Below, piece after piece: positions 57,295 through 64,000 of a stretch of 64,000 nt of DNA. The DNA comes from Octopus sinensis (taxonomy: Eukaryota), in assembly GCF_006345805.1 (NCBI RefSeq), contig NW_021831849.1, positions 1-64,000 of the forward strand, read 5' to 3'. The position numbers were made by a program, and so were the translations under genes. The stretch's first letter is position 1. Each line of letters opens with the position of its first letter. Under the pieces are notes generated by a model. That model saw only the letters and a list, made by a program, of their open reading frames with translations, was not told the origin of the DNA and did not search any database.

Positions 57295-60231
57295 ATAACT
57301 TCGAATAATGTTTCTCATTCTTTCATCGAAATAATTGATCTCGTCAAGATTTAGTATTTTCAATTCTTGAGTATTTGCCAATTTCATAGACATATAAAAA
57401 TTGAAATGATTCCAATTAATGTTGCTGATATTATAACCAAGAAATACATCCTCAGTGAGAACTGCTCCCGTTCGTAATTTCATCGTTTGCGGAAGATGGT
57501 CACTCCCAACATCATTTTCAACATAAGGCCGGTCACACAAACCACTTAAGGCATTTGCAACAATAAACAATCCTAATCGATCACCACTTGCTGCTGAAAG
57601 TGGTTAAGCTTTTCAGACGTTTAAAATTTGAAAATTTGAGGTTTTTTTGATCTCAAGTAAACAATTTCCATCCTGATTTGACTTCACGCACCCATATGCA
57701 AAATGCTTCGCATTTAAGTCTCAACAAGAATGGATTTTCATTTCCTTCCATAAAATTTTTGACAATCGACGAATAATCTTTCAACCTTTTGGAGTATATA
57801 TACCTCCAACGGTTATCCATCCAATAGAAGTTTTTAAATCAATGGATGCTAATTCACATACATTCTGTTCAATTATTCTTGGATTCCGAATGTCAATAGA
57901 CTTTTTGTAAAATATTGATGTCCTGTGCCGGCGTTAGCACCAGGATGCCAAGGAATATCAATCGAGCTGTATCAGGAATGTGATACTTCCAGACTTCTTC
58001 ATTTTCGTCTCGTTAATGATAAATACATCCATCTGAACTGTGCTGATAAGAGCTATCAGCTCTGCTGCCCGCTTTCGAAGAGAGCGGGCATTAACCAGGG
58101 TAATCCTGGTCACGTTTGATTTATTTGGTTGCTGCTTCCCTCTTTTAGGAGAGCCACCAAACCGAGTAAAAGCTTGGCATCTTTTTTAGTTCTGGTCACG
58201 TCCTTAATAGACCTTTCGAGCTCACTAATTAAATCAGCTCGAGGTCGACCCGTCATTGACCCAGCTTCTGAAGTCGACAAAGTCTGCACCGCCGAGTGAG
58301 ATATAGTCGTTTCCTCTGTCTGTGTTCCAACTTCAACTGTTTTCCTAACTCTTGGAAAGTTCCATCCCGCCCATGGCTTCAAGGGTAAATTTTTTATGTC
58401 TGTTTGGTTGATTTTAGCATTCTCCGAAGCTTCTTTTAACAGTTTCTGAACCAGAATTTTATCATTTTTCAGCTTTGAAGCTTCTTTAGCTTTCTCACAG
58501 CCTCGATAATTTGCCAAGTGCCTCGAAGAACCGCAGTTGACACATTTTTCATGTTAGAGTCCTTGCAATCTGTTCCCACATGTGCGCCTAAACAAAATAG
58601 ACATTTCTCCAGATTTTCACAGAAGCATGCTATATGGCCAAATCCTCGGCATCGATAGCACTGGACTTCCGGTTTTCTGTACCACTCGGCCTTTACATTC
58701 GAAAAGCCAATCTTTAGCCCCAATCGTACAAGCGATTGAGCTTCTCCATGATCAGAAGTTACCAATTTAATGATAGGGAGTCTCACTCCCCTTTTCTCAA
58801 AATGTTCGAGAGTCATTTTTCCTTTCACTTTGCCCTTCAGGAAGTCTTCGAGTTCCTCAATTTCGATCCAAGTTGGGACATTTTTTAGAATTATTGCCAC
58901 TGGCCCGAATTTCTTATTTTTGAGAGACTGGCCTCCCTCTCCAAAAGGTTTGCTTCTTCTAATTCAATTTGAAAGTTTTCCACATCTTTTTCGACTTTGA
59001 AATTCAGTAGAAACTCTCCTGACTGTCGGCGAGAAACTCGTGCCTTCTTAATCGATTTCATGTTGCATAGCGTGTTAAAAATATTAATAGATCCCATCGA
59101 GGGGTTATTGACTTTAAGCACAACAGTAATGTTGCCTCCAAACTTGTTTTTATATGATAAATGCTCGTTTTCTGTCTTTATTGTTGCCTTATTTTCACTC
59201 TTGAAAATGACATTGACCCACTAGATAATAATCTCCGTCTAGACATATCAAAAGCATTTGATAGCGTCTGGCATGCCGGGCTATTACAAACTTTATACAA
59301 TTTTAACGTTGGAAAGACAGCCCTAGTTTGGATGAAGAGTTTCCTCTCGCGAAGAGAATCGTTTGTACGGGTCGGAAACCAATTATCGAAGAGAATTTTG
59401 CTTAAGAGAGGAGTTCCGCAGGGATCTGTCATCAGTCCACTTTTATTTAACTGTGTGATGTGCGACATTCCTCAAGTGGATCTCCCTAACATGGAGATGG
59501 TCATTTACGCAGATGATATTTTAATTATGGATTTCTCTATGAGCAAATCAATATCGTGGAAAAGAACCCATAGTCATATCGAAAAAATTAGCAAATGGTG
59601 CCAGGATAAAGGCTTGTCTTTTGAAAAAAGCACTGTTTGCTGGATTGGTGAAAGGAGAAGGAAACCTGATGTTTGTATTAACACCGGAGCGATAAAACCC
59701 GTGGATGATCTTAAATACCTCGGAATAGTTGTGGATGCAACTGGTTCATTCAAGATGTATATAAGGAAGAGAAAGAACAAGGCTACCCAAATGTTGAAAG
59801 CTCTGATGCGATTCCAGCTGAAACCGGAAACGTTCTTATACGTATACTCTGCGTGTATAGAACCCTTCCTGATCTATGGATCTCAAGGATGGTTCGGAAG
59901 CTGCGAAGGAAAGAAACATATTGATCTTTTGGAGAAAACGCGGAGATATGTTATTAAACTGGCACATGGCTTGGACTTAAAATCCAAACTAACCCCAGAG
60001 CTGGAGGGATCGGTACGATCCATTGAAAAACTGTTGCATCACTTAAATAAATAGTGGTGCAAGGGATCGTTATTTTTATCGAAGGGACATCTGGTGTCCC
60101 ATTAGAGTTGACCCCAATCAGCAAACAAACTTGGTTCTTCCGTCTCCTTGGTTTCGTTTGGCTCTTCTCTCCCCCTTTTAATCTAGTGACGAGTTTGTTA
60201 CATAGAAAATAAACAATTCAATAGTCAATAG
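57295..60231. mobile_element. Second copy of the same LINE with a 5' inversion and ~890-nt deletion
   Basis: 57295-59213 is the reverse complement of ~53468-55392; 23-nt filler at 59214-59236; 59237-60231 is a direct copy of ~56279-57282; followed by TTTTAAACG. Confidence 0.88.
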
Positions 60232-60299
60232 TTTTAAACGCATTTTTCTCATGCTCATGTCCATCCATCCACAACGAGGATGTGAAGTTCATCCATTTG

Positions 60300-60884
60300 C
60301 ACGTTTGCAAACTGTTTGCAGCAAAGAAAACTGGTAAGCTAAAGTCCCATTCGGTGCAACCAAAATGTTGAGATACGGGTGGATGCATCAATATTGACAG
60401 ATACCAAAGTTACCAATAAACCTGATATATTTATTTACAACAAGCTGAAGAATGAGATTACCGTCATTGAAGTGGGAATTAATCGCAAGAGAGACTTAGT
60501 CAGCCGAAATGGAAAAATTACATAAATACTCTGCTTGAAGAACTAAAGATACTTTACGGGGCACCTGTGAAGATTATTGCAATTGTGAAGACATGGGGCT
60601 GGATGGTTTCAACGTGTTACAAAGCCTATATGGAAAAATTATCCGTTCAAGGCCCGATGAGAACATACATTCAGACAGTGGGAAGCCTGGTGGTGCAGCA
60701 TAGGCATGGCATTCATACGCCTCAAGAACAATTAATTACGGCAACCACACAGTTGGTTGAAATGACAAACCAATTTTGCGAAAACCCCTCGGATGAAACA
60801 AATGGGCAAATTATGAACGACTCGGAAAATGAAAGTGATAGTGCGGTAAATAGTTCTCCCAAGAGGAGAAAAATTTCCCTCTGA
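60300..60884 (+). mobile_element. Degenerate R4/NeSL-like REL 3' fragment
   Basis: NKPDIFIY...VIEVGIN; ORF 60567-60884 ends SSPKRRKISL, like the intact copy's SSPKRRR. Confidence 0.8.
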
Positions 60885-60899
60885 TTTAGGAGCACATAC

Positions 60900-62330
60900 A
60901 AATTTGTTGTAAATACTAGTGGTTGATATTCTTTACAGTGGAATAGGTTGAAACAAAAAGTTGTAAAGCCTGCATCTAAATTCAATTCGAGTCCTTTGGC
61001 TCTTAGCCATCCTTTTTTCAGTGTGCACATTGCTGCGTTTTCCAGTGTTTTCCTCTTCGTACATATTTGATGTCTCCTAGTAAAAAGCTGAGCTTATTAG
61101 TATGTCTCCATCTTTGCTGAGTAATATTTTCTTCTTTTTTAATTTCCGTAATTTCAGTTTTGTATACATTTAATTTTCGTAATTTCAGTTTTGAAACCAT
61201 TTCCCAAGCTCTGAAAATGCATTTTCTAGTAGGTGTTGGACTGCGGTAAGTCCCGTGATACGAAATTCACATCATCCGCATAAAATGTCTCTTCTATGTC
61301 TGCTTTATAGTATTTACGAAGGTCACAGATATGGTGAATAGTAACGGGGAGAGGGAATCACCGTGTGGTGTCCTGATTCCTGTTTTGAAACTGTGAGAAG
61401 TTGTTCCTTTTATCTTCACAGATAGTCTTGTCTTCTCCAATAATAGTCTGATTATCCTAACCGACGATTCATCCAGTATTTTCTCAAACACGTTCATTAG
61501 TTTCTGTCTGTTTATTAAGTCGAAAGCTCCGGAGAGATCTATTCTCAACACGCTCTTAATTTTTTGTGCATTTCGCAGCGCCATCTGTGGCTCCAAATAA
61601 TATCCGCCGTAGACTTCCCTTCTCAAAACCCACTTTGACTTGCTGATAGGTATTCAGCCACACTTTTTACCCGACTTAGTGCAATGTTTGCCATCACCTT
61701 GCGTATCGAGTTCAGAATTATTATCAGACGAAGATGTTTTCTATTTATCTGCTTGACTTTCCACTGTAATTCCTTTTGTTGAATATTGAGCTTCTTTTTA
61801 TACTCTCCTCTGACGTGTTTGCCCTTTTTATCCGCAGCTCTCCGTGTCACTTTGCCATATCTGGCGTGTTTGGGTGGTGATCCAGTTTTTTGGCACGATG
61901 ATTTCGGACTCCAAAACATATATTGGCCCACTTGAAAATCAACAGGTTTGTTTGATTCCACAGAGTTCGTGCTGATGAATCTGGAACCATTTTCTTTATA
62001 AGAGTTTTTATTTGTTTGTGATATTTAGCTCTGTAAGTAAGCTCTACCCACAATTTTTGTCTGAAAATATATATTGGCCTTTTGTCTCGCCATCTTCGTG
62101 TTTTCAGTGTGTTTCTCCTCATTCAGGTGCTTTTTACACAGAGTTTCGGTGTCTGCTGTTGTCCCCGATAGAAGCATGCATCATTTAGCAGATGTTTATC
62201 AGACTTTCAGCAGTAGATTCAATTATATATATTCTCGGTCTCCCCAACAGAGTTTTTTCTTAGTCCGTGCCAGGTCGTCTTGTTGCAAGCTGAGTGCATG
62301 AAGGCAGTGTTACACAGGAAGAGACTATTT
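60900..62330 (-). mobile_element. Degenerate RTE-like LINE (APE end through RT)
   Basis: IDLSGAFDLINRQKL; TPHGDSLSPLLF; YLSASQSGF; many frameshifts. Confidence 0.75.
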
Positions 62331-62663
62331 GCTTGGTTGGTTACTTTTTGTTGGTGATATACAATCCGATAATTTTCGTTTCTCTTATAATTTTTGGCTG
62401 GTATTTTGACTATTTTGTAGGCGGTTGGATGAATGAATATTTATTTTTACTTATTTAAGCTTTTATTTTATAAAACATTCAAATTAGAAAGTGATCACGA
62501 TTAAAAATATCAGTCACGATAAAGTCAACTTACTTCCACAAAGAATACGTCCAGTAAATTAATTAGGAGAGTTAAATTCGTCACGCCTATAGAAAGAGCT
62601 ACGGTAACCCAGAAAATGCTTTTGTTTATCCAAAAAACACATAAAATAAATTACACATTAAGG

Positions 62664-64000
62664 TTACTGAAGAACGATAGCGACCTAATATAGCAAATCA
62701 TCGGCATCACACCTGTTCGGGGGGAATAGGAGAAGTTCGCCAATTGAACAAATAATAGTACAAATTTCCATCTCCCTTCCCAAACTTATGCTGATCAAAG
62801 AATCCATTATTATCCATTATGTTTAGGGCATTAAAAACATCTATCCCGACCTAGGATAATCTAGCAACAGTTACACTTCATTCGCATACAAAAGGAGGCC
62901 ACTGACCATTTCATGCAAGGGATTACTAGAACAAGCATAATAGAACAAATATGCGGAATTTAAAACGGAATGGCGGGGATTATTCAGTATTGATGTCTGC
63001 AGAATATACGCGGAAATAAAATCGACAACGTTTCCGTTATCATCCTGCAAAAATTCAACAAAACAAAAACTTCCACAACAAAAGACCAAACAACGTTTTC
63101 TCTCGGCAAAAACCAATGACAGAACTCGTCAAGCCCAAATTCAGCATGCATACTGTATTTACTTAGAAACTGCCAAAACAAAAAGAAAGACGACTTCATT
63201 AAGAAGAGCATGTGCCGTCAGACAGTGACGCTCAAGCATAGGCTGAAATCCTTTTGGTTTATTAAGCCTCTCCAATGAGCATAACTTACAATATTGTTTT
63301 AGAGAGATATTAGAGGGAGCTCTTGCAAACTGACATTCCACAAGTTTTTTGACGTTGATGAGTCGATGATAATAGCAGACAGAAGCTGAGGGTTTGGATA
63401 TGATCTTCCCTCCAGTATATATAGCTTGGAAAATTCCCTGGAGATTTACTAGTCTTCTTATTTCCCGAATGAGAACAGTAGCCATACGATTTCCACGTAA
63501 TTTTTTGTTTACACATAAAAAATTTACATCGACAGAGTCAAATTTTCTTATAAATATTTGAAATATTAGAAAAAACTTGTCCTCAATGTGGACGACATAT
63601 GGAACAGCGGATATGAAACCACACAATTTTCGGTTTTTAGTAACTCTAATTCCCAAATGCCATTCGGCACGCCATCCTGGGGGCTTAAGTGCCCTAACAA
63701 GTGACCAAAACGAATTTTTTATACCATCTGAGAAAATCCTTGGAATAATTAAATCTAAATAAATTATCACTGTCTTCAACATAATGGTCCCTCAAAAGTT
63801 GATATACCTCATCCAACTACAAAAATAAAAATCATTATAATAATTGAATGTTGTAATGACGACTAAGATACTACCATTTTATGATCGTTGATATCTAAAG
63901 TATTGTCCCATTGAAATCCTTCTGGTAGTCCGTATGGTGTTTGTCTTACTTGATCAGCTGTTGTAGCACACTCATACTGTTCGTTTCCCTCAACATGTTC
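62664..64000 (-). CDS. NMT1: Glycylpeptide N-myristoyltransferase, multi-exon; 5' end beyond the window
   Basis: [64 protein letters not shown]...[16 protein letters not shown] and VAIVLQ-stop; introns ~25-28 nt (e.g. 62685-62712). Confidence 0.93.

Noticed and set aside
57295-59213. Assembly palindrome artefact
   Set aside because: The inverted copy differs from the forward copy by multiple substitutions and has a non-templated filler.
1-64000. Prokaryotic operons, prophage or defence systems
   Set aside because: Spliceosomal introns, eukaryotic genes and eukaryotic transposon families throughout; no bacterial-type gene clusters seen.

Overview
Eukaryotic, AT-rich genomic DNA dominated by transposon sequence, with small islands of host genes. 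The host genes are split by extremely short GT-AG introns (23-36 nt in the ones I resolved). This points to a highly compacted genome; a dicyemid mesozoan or similar parasite is my inference, not proven. Recognisable host genes are an adrenodoxin-type ferredoxin, an RNF126/115-like RING E3 ligase, DPY30, NSDHL and N-myristoyltransferase (runs off the right edge), plus fragments of a thiolase and of the mitochondrial dicarboxylate carrier. Mobile elements: an intact IR-DR Tc1, an intact 1180-aa R4/NeSL-type restriction-like-endonuclease (REL) retrotransposon, a 9.7-kb Helitron with exact termini, several hAT deletion derivatives with 8-bp TSDs, many CRE-like and RTE-like LINE fragments, and an I/Jockey-group LINE pair. 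The most interesting observations are: (1) a spliced gene joining a FAR1/ZSWIM-type (MULE-derived) DNA-binding domain to a BTB(-BACK) domain; (2) a nested stack at 19.4-24.9 kb (CRE > Ginger-like TIR element > R4-like and a second CRE) with every junction resolvable; (3) a twin-priming-like 5'-inverted LINE in tandem with its sister copy at TTTTAAACG sites; (4) a telomere-like array with a 36-bp higher-order period beside the Helitron 3' end. Family assignments come from motifs I recognised by eye; no database searches were run. Some frameshifts may be long-read indel errors.
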